A DNA stretch of 64,000 nt from Eledone cirrhosa (Eukaryota), in assembly GCA_964016885.1 (NCBI GenBank), contig OZ024744.1:99138001-99202000 (forward strand), in the 5' to 3' direction. Positions 1 to 12,900 of the stretch are shown piece after piece. The notes below the pieces were generated by a model that saw nothing but the letters and a program-made list of their open reading frames with translations, was not told the origin of the DNA and made no database searches. The translations under genes and the position numbers were made by a program. Position 1 is the first letter of the stretch. Every line of letters begins with the position of its first letter.

Positions 1-859
1 TGTTTGTAGCCAGAGAACTGCATGCGGTTGATGAAGTGTTGGATGTGTCTTTCCATTTCTGCTGGGTCGCACATGCGGGACACATTCTTCATCACTCGTA
101 CCAAGTCTGCGATCTGAATATTAAACTTAGCGCTACTGGACATTGCTGAGTTTTTGAGTATCAGGTATTTGGAGGCCATGGGTTTAGCATAGTGTGAGTG
201 GAGAATTTGGGCTCTCTCGTCTATAGTGTTAATCCAGAGTTCCGTGTCTAATACAGGTAGTCTATTGTTAGGGTGTTTGGAAGGGTAGTCGATAGTAATA
301 GTTATACTCTGGTGTATGGAATGATCTATCTGCTGGCTGCTTTCCATTGTGCTACGTTCTAAATCAAACTTGTTAGTGCTCTCTAGTGGGGATGTTCTTA
401 TTACTATATTGATATCGTCTACGTAACGAGAGTACATGATGAGGTCTATGGAGCTCTCATCAAGGAGATCTTTAAGTCTCTTTTCCCACCATACCATAAA
501 AAGGTTGGCAACGTCACCAGCTATGCTGACGCCAATGGCTGCTCCCTCATTTTGGGTGTAGATCTTCTCGTTGAACTTGAATATGTGGCCCTTTAGGGTA
601 GTTTTGATACTAGCCCCTATTGCATGTGCGACAATTTTTCTTACCTGATCATTGTTTTGGGGGGTCCGTATAGCTTTGGTCCACCCAATCCACCTTCCCA
701 TGGGAGTCTTTTTAGCCATTGAGGTTATGGTGGGGGGTCTACCTCTTATGGGTCTACTGGGGCAGAAACGTCTAAGGTCATGGCTGTCTAGGTAGTCAGT
801 GTCGTAGGTAAGTCTAAGTAGGAGGCCCAGTTCGTCTGTGTTGACGTCGCAGAACAGGC
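1..859 (-). mobile_element. Penelope-like element RT fragment (inverted partner of 860-2775; runs off the window)
   Basis: 1-691 is the reverse complement of 860-1550 with a few substitutions. 692-859 continues the minus-strand RT frame (DELGLLLRL...RGRPPTIT). This copy retains RYVDD. Confidence 0.9.
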
Positions 860-2285
860 GGATTGGGTGGACCAAAGCTATACGGACCCCCCAAAACAAT
901 GATCAGGTAAGAAAAATTGTCGCACATGCAATAGGGGCTAGTATCAAAACTACCCTAAAGGGCCACATATTCAAGTTCAACGAGAAGATCTACACCCAAA
1001 ATGAGGGAGCAGCTATTGGCGTCAGCATAGCTGGTGACGTTGCCAACCTTTTTATGGTATGGTGGGAAAAGAGACTTAAAGATCTCCTTGATGAGAGCTC
1101 CATAGACCTCATCATGTACTCTCGTTTCGTAGACGATATCAATATAGTAATAAGAACATCCCCACAAGAGAGCACTAACAAGTTTGATTTAGAACGTAGC
1201 ACAATGGAAAGCATCCAGCAGATAGATAATTCCATACACCAGAGTATAACTACTACTATCGACTACCCTTCCAAACACCCTAACAATAGACTACCTGTAT
1301 TAGACACGGAACTCTGGATTAACACTATAGACGAGAGAGCCCAAATTCTCCACTCACACTATGCTAAACCCATGGCCTCCAAATACCTGATACTCAAAAA
1401 CTCAGCAATGTCCAGTAGTGCTAAGTTTAATATTCTAATCGCAGACTTGGTACGAGTGATGAAGAATGTGTCCCGCATGTGCGACTCAACAGAAATGGAT
1501 AGACACATCCAACACTTCATCAACCGCATGCAGTTCTCTGGCTACAAACAAAGAGTGAGAATCAGAGTATACGAAGGAGCCACGGAGAAGTATAAGACCC
1601 TCATAGAACTGGACATGAAAGGAATTTTCCTATTATATAGGAGCAAATCATGGAATAGCTTAGATAGGGCTAGACATAAGATAGGGAAAGCCACTTCATG
1701 GTACGACAACCAGAGATACCAGAGTGTCATGTTTGTGGACGCTACTCCTGGAGGGAAATTAGCTAACCAGTGTAGAAAGGACCTGAGAAAGACCCACTTA
1801 AAGATTAAGGTGGTAGAAAATCCAGGAACCACCATAAAATCCCTGATCAGCAAAACCAACTCTTTTAAGAAAACCCACTGTACTAATAGGAAATGTATCA
1901 TATGTAAAGTAAACCCCGGATAAACTGTAAAACTAGAAACGTAGTCTATAGTATAAGATGTACAGAGGGTACTTGCAGAAACACGACAACAACATACATA
2001 GGCGAGACAGCTCGCAGCATAGGTGAAAGGATAGACCAACACTGGGGGGGGGGGGAACTAAAAGGACGAAAAAACGGTTCAGTACTATACGAACATGCCA
2101 GACAACAACACGACGGTAACATAGACAACATAGAAATTAGAATAATATCTAAACATAGAAATCACCCAGCAGATAGGCAAATCAGAGAGGCCAGTGAAAT
2201 AGAACTTAGAAGGCCAAGGCTAAACAGAAAAAATGAATGGAATAACAACAACACCCAAACAAACAACACTGACCTAAGAGAAGTA

Positions 2286-2316
<31 letters not shown>

Positions 2317-2775
2317 ATACATACACAAGCACAATAACAACAAACAAATATAAACACACTCTAGTAAAGATAGAATACATTAACCAATACACAGTCACCC
2401 AATCACGAACACACATCAAACAAAACCCTATAGACACACGCAAACGCATGCGCAAAGAAGACAAAAAACAAAACAAATAAATAAATATATAAACAGACTA
2501 AATAAAGATGGCGTAGAAAATACAATGCAACGGGAGGAAACAATAGCACCACTGACGATGTTGCAGATGTGCAACGAAAGAACTTTGATAGACTATATAT
2601 ATGTGTTTGTGTCTATATTGTATCTGTATTTTTGACCGTTGGTCAGTCAATGGCAACATTGAGGACGGAATAAATTAAATTAACCGATATAAAAGACACA
2701 GAAGCGAAAACCAACCAAACAGTGAGTGTGTTCTGTTATTAATTCTGGCAATATTACACAAATATGACCCTCCCC
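860..2775 (+). mobile_element. 5'-truncated Penelope-like retroelement: RT + C-terminal GIY-YIG endonuclease + 3' pLTR
   Basis: ORF 838-1923 has GAAIG..ANLFM, RFVDD and LPVLD motifs. After a frameshift near 1920 it reads NVVYSIRC...YIGETARSIGERI, and a later segment reads IREA..I...P.LNRKNEW to a stop near 2288. The 3' UTR carries an HHR and ends in (TA)n. Confidence 0.9.
2549..2588 (+). ncRNA. Minimal type I hammerhead ribozyme in Penelope pLTR
   Basis: CTGACGA-t-gttgc(agatgt)gcaac-GAAA-gaac-TT; stem I is weak. Same family as 27628 and 51110. Confidence 0.6.
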
Positions 2776-2794
2776 TATATATATATATACATAT

Positions 2795-2862
<68 letters not shown>

Positions 2863-2865
<3 letters not shown>

Positions 2866-3049
2866 TAAGTAAGACCCCGACAGCTGAGCCCAAGCCGTTT
2901 CGACGGCTAATTCCGTACAGAATTAGCCGTCGAAACGGCTTGAGCTCAGCCGTCGGGGTCTTACTTACTCCTATTACCCACTCTACTACCCTAAGTATTG
3001 AGTATTTTGGTGCGTTATGGTCCACCTGGTTCCTTACCACTTTTCCCTC

Positions 3050-3053
<4 letters not shown>
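2863..3053 (+). mobile_element. Fold-back mini-element centred on an HHR stem II, inside (TA)n
   Basis: 108-bp near-perfect palindrome 2863-2970 (loop cgtaca 2914-2919). Right arm reads stem II-GAAA-cggct..agccg-TC, followed by a unique tail. Confidence 0.75.
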
Positions 3054-3088
<35 letters not shown>

Positions 3089-3144
3089 GGAGGAGGTTAT
3101 AGTTTTGGCTTTATTATACATATACAAACATTTATATACATACA

Positions 3145-3236
<92 letters not shown>

Positions 3237-3237
<1 letters not shown>

Positions 3238-3546
3238 CATCCAGTCCAAATAAATGACATAAATGAGATCGAGATCGAGATCGAGATCGTGTAGGTGTCA
3301 CGAGAAAAAACACACAGTCCACGCTGTAATGTGGTCGTGTAGGCAACACGGTAAAATGTTCCCACTTCCACACTGTAAATGTGGTTGGTGTTAGGAAGGG
3401 CACGTTGCCGTAGAAAACCTGTCAGATATCCTATATGAGCGAGACACGGTTACTCGACCAACCTTGCTTCAAGTGGGACAACTCCCGTCCAACCCATGCT
3501 AGCGTGGAAAGTGGACGTTAAACGATGATGATGATGATGATGATGA

Positions 3547-3550
<4 letters not shown>
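3237..3550 (+). mobile_element. RTE LINE 3' UTR / SINE tail fragment
   Basis: Matches 13200-13587 of the intact RTE; ends in (GAT)n. Confidence 0.8.
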
Positions 3551-3604
<54 letters not shown>

Positions 3605-3611
<7 letters not shown>

Positions 3612-3876
3612 TTAGTTAATCAAAACAAGACCACAAATTTCACAAGGAAGACATTCTTCCTTGTGAAATTTGTGGTCTTGTTTTGCTTAACTAATGAATA
3701 TTTCCAGCTCTGAGCACCTAACCTCTGCATGAACCCAGCCACCTAGCTGCTTTCTACTGCATATTGCACATTGAGCACATGCCTTTAGGTTTTGGCTTCT
3801 AACTAATTCACCAATATTTCCTCTCATATCTCCTCTACTATCTCCATCTCTCTCTTTAAGATTGGTTACTCTTGAA

Positions 3877-3879
<3 letters not shown>
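3605..3879 (+). mobile_element. Fold-back mini-element centred on an HHR stem II, inside (TA)n
   Basis: 97-bp palindrome 3605-3701 (loop cat 3652-3654). The hairpin is followed directly by GAAA-tttgtg-GTC, then a unique tail. Confidence 0.65.
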
Positions 3880-3919
<40 letters not shown>

Positions 3920-3935
3920 GTATAATAAACAATAT

Positions 3936-4013
3936 AATTACCTCATTACCAGAGGTTTCCAGAATAAGACGAATACGTAAAACGTCCTCATTCGTTCATC
4001 GGACAAGACAATT
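3936..4013 (-). ncRNA. Type I hammerhead (CCGAUGA core variant)
   Basis: 11-bp stem I aattgtcttgt/atgaggtaatt (includes G-U pairs), CCGATGA, stem II gaatgaggacg/cgtcttattc, GAAA-cc-tct-g-GTA. Confidence 0.7.
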
Positions 4014-4685
4014 TAAAACATACTGAAATATTTGAAAAATCTCCCCAAGAAAGGCAAAAAAACGGGCAAAAAAAAAATATAAATAAAAGTAATGCCAGAG
4101 ATATATAAAAAAATAAGGAAATATAGTTAGGGTATGTGTATATGTATGTATATACACTCACAAATGTACATATGTGTGTATGTACAAATGCATGTGTATG
4201 GTGAAAATGTGTGCGTAAGTACATATATGAGGGCAAGTATATTTGTGTATATGTGACCACAAATACGTATATAATATGAGTTAAAAAAGTAATTGTAAGA
4301 TAATATAGTTAACACACATCCAGATACAGGTATTAAATATATACACATACGAGTATGAAAGCACGCGTATAAACACACACACACGCGCGGTCACTTATAT
4401 GCGGAAGATAAAGAGGGAAGGGAGTGTAATAGTAAAAAGAAGTGTCATTCTCGATATATGTATAAAAATGAAACAATATATGAGAATGAACAACATTTTT
4501 TTAAATCAAAGGGAAAGTAAGAGGGAAAGCATAGGTACGCACGCACACACACACATATATATATATAAATATATATACATATAAATAAGTACAGACAAAA
4601 GCGCATGCATGCGTACATATATACACACGAGGCACGTATATATATATATATCGCCACATGTATATCTAATCACACGTACGTACGC

Positions 4686-4750
<65 letters not shown>

Positions 4751-7499
4751 TACACACCCATACGTACGTATACATATTCACATACATACATACATATACA
4801 CATACATTCACCCACTTACACACACACGTATAAATAAGTATGTAAAAAACATAGATATAAAAACACGCATACACACACATATACATATGTACGCACGCAC
4901 ACATACGGAGGCGCTCGTATACATCAGCCGTATGAGCAAATGAGTACAAATATAAAATCGGCTGCGAAACAACAGAATATATCTGAAGTGGAAAACGCAA
5001 GTGATATGTGGTATCAGGTAGTGAAAGAAAATGAGGAATGTGAAGATATTAGGTAAGTGAATAAAAAAGTAGGAGCGGAGGGGGGGGGGTGTTCACTGGT
5101 GGATGTGAAGTAAAAATAAAAATAAAGTTAAAAATGAAAGTAAATCAGAAAGAAAAGTATGTGAAGAGGATAATTTAAGGAAAGTGAAGAACAAGAGTTT
5201 ATGGAGGATAAGTATCTGAAAGTGAGTTAAGTTTATATGAGCTGGAAAGCAAGTGTGATTTCATGTGTGGGCAACTGGCGAACATTTCTGTTTTTGCGTT
5301 TAGGCAGGTTTTTGGTGATTTAAGGTTCTGTAAAATCCAATATTTTTCACTTATGCAGAGTGTGCATCTTCTTGTTCCTCTTGCATATTCTTTAGATGGG
5401 TTCAAAATTGACCAATCTAATTTATATTGGATGCCTTGGTCTTTCAAATCCCATATTCTGCTAGCCAGAGCTGTTGTAAATCTTTTTTCTGGATGTCGGA
5501 AAAATGCGACATGTGAGTAATAACGTGTTTTGAATTTGTCTTGTGTCATACCCACATATCGCTCGCTGGTGGCTGGTAGGTTGTTGCTGATGGTTGTCAC
5601 TTTAGCCGCATATACAATGGCTTTGGTGTTGCATTTACCTTGTAATGGGCATTCACTTTTGACTTTACAGGAGCAATTTTGATGGTCTCTGGGTGTTTTC
5701 TTATTGAAGATATAAGATTTAATAGGGGGACCGCAGGAGTAGTTAATTTTGACACAGTTTCTATTGAAGATCTTATAGTATCTATGTGTTCTAGGGAAAT
5801 GTTTATCTAAGAGCTCTAGGATTGTTTTGCCTACATTAGTTTGAACTGCTAAAGAGTAGGGGTGTGTGAACCAGATTATTTTTCTTGTCCTATTATTATG
5901 TTTAAAGGAGTTACTATTGTTGGGTATGTACTTAATCGGTTCGCCAAATCCGCTATTTTGAAGGGCTTTATTATAGTAGGGGATGCCTTATTGAAAATAG
6001 CTTCTGAGGAAGAGAGGGTGGAGATCCTACGGCTAATATTAGGGATAAGGTTTTTAAAAACTATAGGAGGATGGCAAGAGCCTTTATTTATATATTTTAA
6101 ATTTTCATTAGGTTTATGGCACGGTTTATAAGAAGCAGTAGGCAGATCTAGGTTTATATCTAGAAAATTAACATTGGAAAGGTTAGTGTCAATAGTAATT
6201 TTAAGATTAAAACTAGCGAAGGTTTTTATTAAGTATTTCCTTAATCTATCTAAGTTATGACCTATGGTGGTATGGGAAAGTATTAGACCATCGACGCGGT
6301 AAAGCCCAAAAATATGGTTAGGGAATTTCTCTTTAAGTGTGTTTAGGAGGAATAGGCCGACTTAATCACAAACATCAGCACTATCAAAAGAACCCATTGA
6401 GACATCGAATGGGTTCTCTGGGTTAGATATGTTTTACCCAAGTGTCATTATTAGTAAAAAGTAGAGTGTTTCTAGCATGCAAGATGACATTCTCTTCAAT
6501 ATCAGAAATATAGCGAAATTTAAGGCTTTCGCTAAAAGAGGGTGAGTAATAGACGGATTGAAGTCTACAATGTCAAATTGGGTGAATCTATAACTATTTT
6601 TATCTTTAATATTATTAAATCAATGTACTACGGAAGAGCTATTTAACCATTGGAGTAATTCAGACTTACTTCTAATCTGTGTGTTTATATTATTAAACAT
6701 TTTTTTGCTAGCAAGACCGATATCAGTCTTAGCAGAGTTGATTAATCTACAACTAGGACGATCAATAAAATCAGGTTTGTGATCTTTGAGGGTGATATAG
6801 GCATTACGTTTAGCAAGTTTTTATGTTCTATTATCTATTTTTAAAACACTAGCTAATTCTTTAGCTTCCTTATTTATATTATTATACGTGTTTATATTAG
6901 CTATTTGGTATTTAGAGGTGATGTTATCTATTAATAGTTGGTCATGTAAATTATTAGTAACTTCGTATAAATTTTTAGTTTTGTCGGAGAAAATGAACTT
7001 ATTTTTAGAGGATTTGAATATTGAAATGTCATTAGATAGTTTAGATTGAAAAGCGTTAGAGTACTTACGAAATTAGATATTGTTGATTAAATTAACTAAG
7101 TCTAGTTCAAAAGCGGTCATATCTTTTACTCGTTGCGGGTATTTATGAGTTTTGATATCAAAATGTTCTGTAGAGTCCGTATCTGGATGTGTGTTAACTA
7201 TATTATCTTACAATTTCTTTTTCAACTCATATTATATACGTATTTGTGGTCATATATACACAAATATACTTGCCCTCATATATGTACTTACGCACACATT
7301 TTCACCATACACATGCATTTGTACATGCACACATATGTACATTTGTGAGTGTATATACATACATATACACATACCCTAACTATATTTCCTTATTTTTTTA
7401 TATATCTCTTGCATTACTTTTATTTATATATATATATTTTTTGCCCGTTAAATTCTTGCCTTTCTTGAGGAGATTTTTCAAATAGTTCACTATGTTTTA

Positions 7500-7577
7500 A
7501 ATTGTCTTGTCCGATGAACGAATGAGGACGTTTTTCGTATTTGTCTTATTCGGGAAACCTCTGGTAATGAGGTAATT
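7500..7577 (+). ncRNA. Type I hammerhead (CCGAUGA core variant), inverted pLTR copy
   Basis: Reverse-complement copy of 3936-4013. Confidence 0.7.
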
Positions 7578-7669
7578 ATATTGTATTGTTTATCATACAT
7601 TAAATTTAGCTCTGGTACTTACATAGAGCACTCATCACTCCTATCACTTTTTCGATTTATATATATATA

Positions 7670-7761
<92 letters not shown>

Positions 7762-7774
7762 CATTTCATTTCAT

Positions 7775-8080
7775 TTTACGTCCGCTTTTTCCCTGCTTGC
7801 AAGGGTGGGACAGGAACTGATTCTGGCTTGATTTCTACAGCTGGATGCCCTTCCTAACACCAACCTCATTTACAGTGAGTGCTGGGTGCTTTTCCACGTC
7901 CACTTTACAGTGGAATGATATGGACCCCACTCCCTATCATCTCATTTCTACAGCTGAGTAAATTGGAGCAATGTGAAATAAAGTGTCTTGCTCAAGGAAA
8001 CAACACATTACCCGGTCTGAGAATTGAACTCACAACCTTTCGGTTGCAAGGCCAATGTTCTAACCACTAAGCCATGTGCC
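7775..8080 (-). mobile_element. tRNA-derived SINE (OR/CORE-like) with RTE-type tail
   Basis: A-box tggcttagtgg, B-box gagttcaattc, ccttgagcaagacactt core; homologous to 29618-29945. Confidence 0.85.
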
Positions 8081-8098
8081 TATATATATATAGATATA

Positions 8099-8739
<641 letters not shown>

Positions 8740-9084
8740 ATAACTAGAGATTGATTAACATATAAATAAACATGAATAATCACAGGAGATAATTTTACAA
8801 GTGTGTAACCACACATAGCTAGGTGGATAACTAAATAAAGTTGACCAGAACTTCAAAAATAGATACCTTATAATATGATTAATCTTCCCTGTATATATTC
8901 CATTAAAGAAATATATTTCACCAATTAATCAGATGGTAAACCACAGAAGTGGAGACTTGGATTTTCAACAAGGAAGAAGTTTCCAGCAATCCGTGTTTAC
9001 ACTTCAAGTTCAAATCAGCGACTGGCCAGCACGTGTAGTATTTACTAGAAACACACACATCATACTAGCTTCGTCCCAGTGGCG

Positions 9085-9526
9085 TGAATAGGGTTATCGA
9101 GTCCTATACACACTAGTCACACATAACACTATACACACACGCAAACGCATGCGCAAAGAAGACAAAATAAAATAAGATAAACAAACAAGCAAATAAATAA
9201 ATAAATATATAGACAGACTGAATAAAAAATGGCGTAGACATACAACACAACAGGAGGACAATGAATATAACACCAATGACGATGTTGCAGATGTGCAACG
9301 AAAGATTTATGCAAATTATGTAAACTATATATATATATATGTGTTTGTGTCTATATTGTATCTGTATTATTTTTGACCGCCGGTCAGTCAATGGCAACAT
9401 TGAGGACCGAGTAAGTTAGATCGCAGATATAATAAAAGACAGCGAGAAGCGAAAACCAACCAAACAGTGAGTGTGTTCTGTTATTAATTCTGGCAATATT
9501 ACGCAAATATGACCCTCCCCAAGTAT

Positions 9527-9531
<5 letters not shown>
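9085..9531 (+). mobile_element. Solo Penelope pLTR-like copy with decayed HHR
   Basis: High similarity to about 2430-2775; the HHR core has mutated to ATGACGA near 9276; ends at (TA)n. Confidence 0.8.
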
Positions 9532-9821
<290 letters not shown>

Positions 9822-9958
9822 AGGCACACACACACATAAAAAATGATGATGATATATACAAATATATATATATATTATATATATATATATATATATAAAA
9901 TTCTGTGTGTATATTTATGTGGGTATATTTATATATATATACATATATATATATATAT

Positions 9959-12900
9959 GCAAGCACTCCGCCTTGTTTCGGCCCAGGATGGCTAACATAA
10001 CCCCCCCCCCCGCGCCCCACCGCTCCCACCCTCCAAACGCAATCCAAAACTTCAGAGTTGGTACCATGAATGTAGGCACCTTAAAGGGTCGCTCTAACGA
10101 GGTTGTAGAAATGCTTGAACGTAAGGAGGTCGATGTTTGTTGTATTCAAGAGACCAGGTGGAGGGGAGGGTCGGCTAGATTCATCGTGGGTAAAGAACGA
10201 TGCTATAAGCTTTTCTGGGTGGGAAATGACAATGGGTTGGGTGGGGTAGGAATCATGGTAGCAGAAAAGTGGGCAGATAAGATAATAGACGTAAATAGAG
10301 TGAACGACAGAATAATTAAAATAAGACTTGTCCTCAATAAAACTACGGTGACAGTAATATCTGCGTACGCACCACAATCCGGACTGCCCGGTGCTATAAA
10401 AGACAGATTCTACGAGACACTGATGCTCGCTACCTCCCAAATAACCGACAGTGACTATATAGTTATTGCAGGCGACCTAAATGGTCACGTTGGACAACAT
10501 TGTGACGGCTATGACGGAATCCATGGAGGCTATGGGTTCGGTACTAGAAATGAGGAAGGCTCCAGAATCCTGGAATTTTGCGACGCAAATAACTTAACTA
10601 TCTGTAACACTAACTTCAAAAAACGAGACAATCACTTGATCACCTATAGATCGGGGGAACACACAAGCCAGGTAGATTATATCCTTACCAGAAGACGTGA
10701 CAGAGTGTCTGTTGTTAACACTAAATCCCTCCCCCATGAAGAATTCACCTCCCAACATAGACTGATAATTAGAGACCTCATAGTCAGGACGAGACGTACT
10801 AGACAGCGGAAGAGGACTATCCTCAGGAGAAAAATATGGAAGCTAAAGGACCCCATAGCCAGAAATAAATTTCAAAGCATATTACTTGACGCTTTCGACA
10901 GTAAGGAAGAGCAATTAGAGTTGTATAATATAGAGGAACAGTGGGAATTCCTGAGAGCAAACCTGCTGACGGCGGCAGACGAAGTCTGTGGCTGGAGCAG
11001 GCCTGTAGGTAGGAGGAGAGTAACATGGTGGTGGAACAGTAAGGTGGAGGAGTCAATTAAGGCCAAAAAGCAGGCTTGGAAAGCATGGCGGCATGGGGGA
11101 AGTAGAGAAGACTATCAGGTGGCCAGGAGGGAAGCTAGGAGACAAGTGTACTTCGCAAGAAGGGAAGCAGAGGAAAGAAAGTTCAAGCATGTTCTACAAC
11201 GTGAGGACCAAAAACGTGAGGTGTTCAGGATTGCCAGGCAATGTGTCAAGGAAAACCGTGATATTGTCGGGGAGAAGTGTGTACTTAACGATGATGGTAT
11301 ACTTGCCATCACCGACGCTGATAAGAAGGTAGCTTGGAAGTGTCACTACGAAAGGCTTCTAAATGAGGAGAACAAATGGGAGAAAGACAGTCTCCCCCAC
11401 ATCGACCCAATAGAGGGACCAGCAGTGTTAGTCCAGGGTAGTACAATAAGCAAGGCAATCAAAGATATGAAGACGGGTAAGGCGGCTGGTCCTTCGGAAA
11501 TAGTTGCTGAGATGCTGAAGGCATCTGGTTCGGTGGGACACACCATGGTCACCCGGATAGTTAACCAAGTCGTACAGAATGGGGTTGTTCCGAAGGACTG
11601 GCGTAGCAGCATCATCGTTAACTGCTATAAGGGAAAAGGAGATGCCCTAGATAGGAGTAACTATAGAGGCATTAAATTAATTGACCAGGTCATGAAGGTC
11701 ACGGAAAAAGTAATAGCGCAACTAATCAGAGAGAGAATTGATCTAGATGAAATGCAGTTCGGATTTGTGTCAGGCAAAAGTACCACAGACGCTCTTTTCA
11801 TTGTACGACAACTACAGGAGAAGTACCTAGCTAAAAGTAAACCCCTATACTTAGCTTTCGTCGACTTGGAGAAAGCCTTCGACAGAGTCCCCCGTTCCAT
11901 TATCTGGTGGTCTCTTAGAAAACTAGGTGTTGACGAATGGCTTGTGAGAGCTATACAAGCCATGTATAAAGAAACAGTCAGTAAGGTTAGAATTAACAAC
12001 GAATATAGTGAAGAGTTTAGCGTAAAAGTTGGTGTCCATCAGGGCTCTGTTCTTAGCCCCCTACTATTTATTATTGCCCTTCAGGCTATAACAGAGGAGT
12101 TCAAGACCGGCTGCCCATGGGAACTCCTATACGCAGATGATCTAACGCTCATAGCTGAATCAATGACCGAACTAGAGAAGAAATTCCAAACATGGAAGCA
12201 TGGCCTAGAATCAAAAGGCCTTAAAATTAACCTGGCTAAGACTAAAGTTCTAGTTTGTAGGAAAGAAAATAAGGCGGCAGTCCCATCTGGGAAATGGCCA
12301 TGCTCAGTGTGTAGGAAAGGCGTAGGTAGAAACTCCATTTTATGTCCCAAATGCAAAGTATGGGTGCATAAAAGATGTAGTGGGATCACAGGTAAGCTAA
12401 CTAAGAACATAGATTTTACATGTGGCCGGTGCTCTGGTGCAATAAGTAGCAGCAAGTGCCCACAAAATACTAGCTCCTTCAACTGCGCAAAGGGTTCTAT
12501 AGAAATAGTGGACAGCTTCCGTTACCTGGGTGACAAAATCAGCAGTGGGGGAGGGTGCTCTGAAAGTACAGTAGCTAGAGTCAGAACTGGATGGAAAAAG
12601 TTCAGAGAGCTTATACCACTATTAGCCGCTAGAGGGTTCTCCCTAAAAATGAAAGGCAGGTTATACGATGCCTGCATACGAACAGCAATGCTGCATGGCA
12701 GTGAGACCTGGGCATTGTGTGCAGAGGATATACGCAGACTAGAGAGGAACGAAGCTTGCATGCTCCGCTGGATGTGCAATAGTAATATACGTGAACGGCA
12801 AAGCATAAACGAACTAAGGAAAAAATTAGAAATAAGAGGGATCAGATGTTGTTTACTCGAGAGAAGGCTACGTTGGTACGGTCACGTGATGCGCATGAAA

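Larger units (their letters stand above)
3917..7635 (-). mobile_element. Degraded Penelope-like element (RT + GIY-YIG, Hydra-clade-like) with inverted pLTRs
   Basis: Minus strand 5199-7132 reads QFDIVDF.PSI, MGSFDSADVCD, GLYRVDG, VNFLDI, TNVGKTILELLDKHFP, IVY..YVGMT..FK.R, CTLCISEK, with stops and frameshifts. 3917-4327 is the reverse complement of about 7180-7601. Confidence 0.9.

Noticed and set aside
2675-5000. YI/HT/CV-rich ORFs here and throughout the window
   Set aside because: They are translations of (TA)n, (CA)n and (TACA)n microsatellites.
9907-9987. N-terminal extension of the RTE ORF
   Set aside because: Mostly flanking (TA)n read-through; the first ATG is at 9988.
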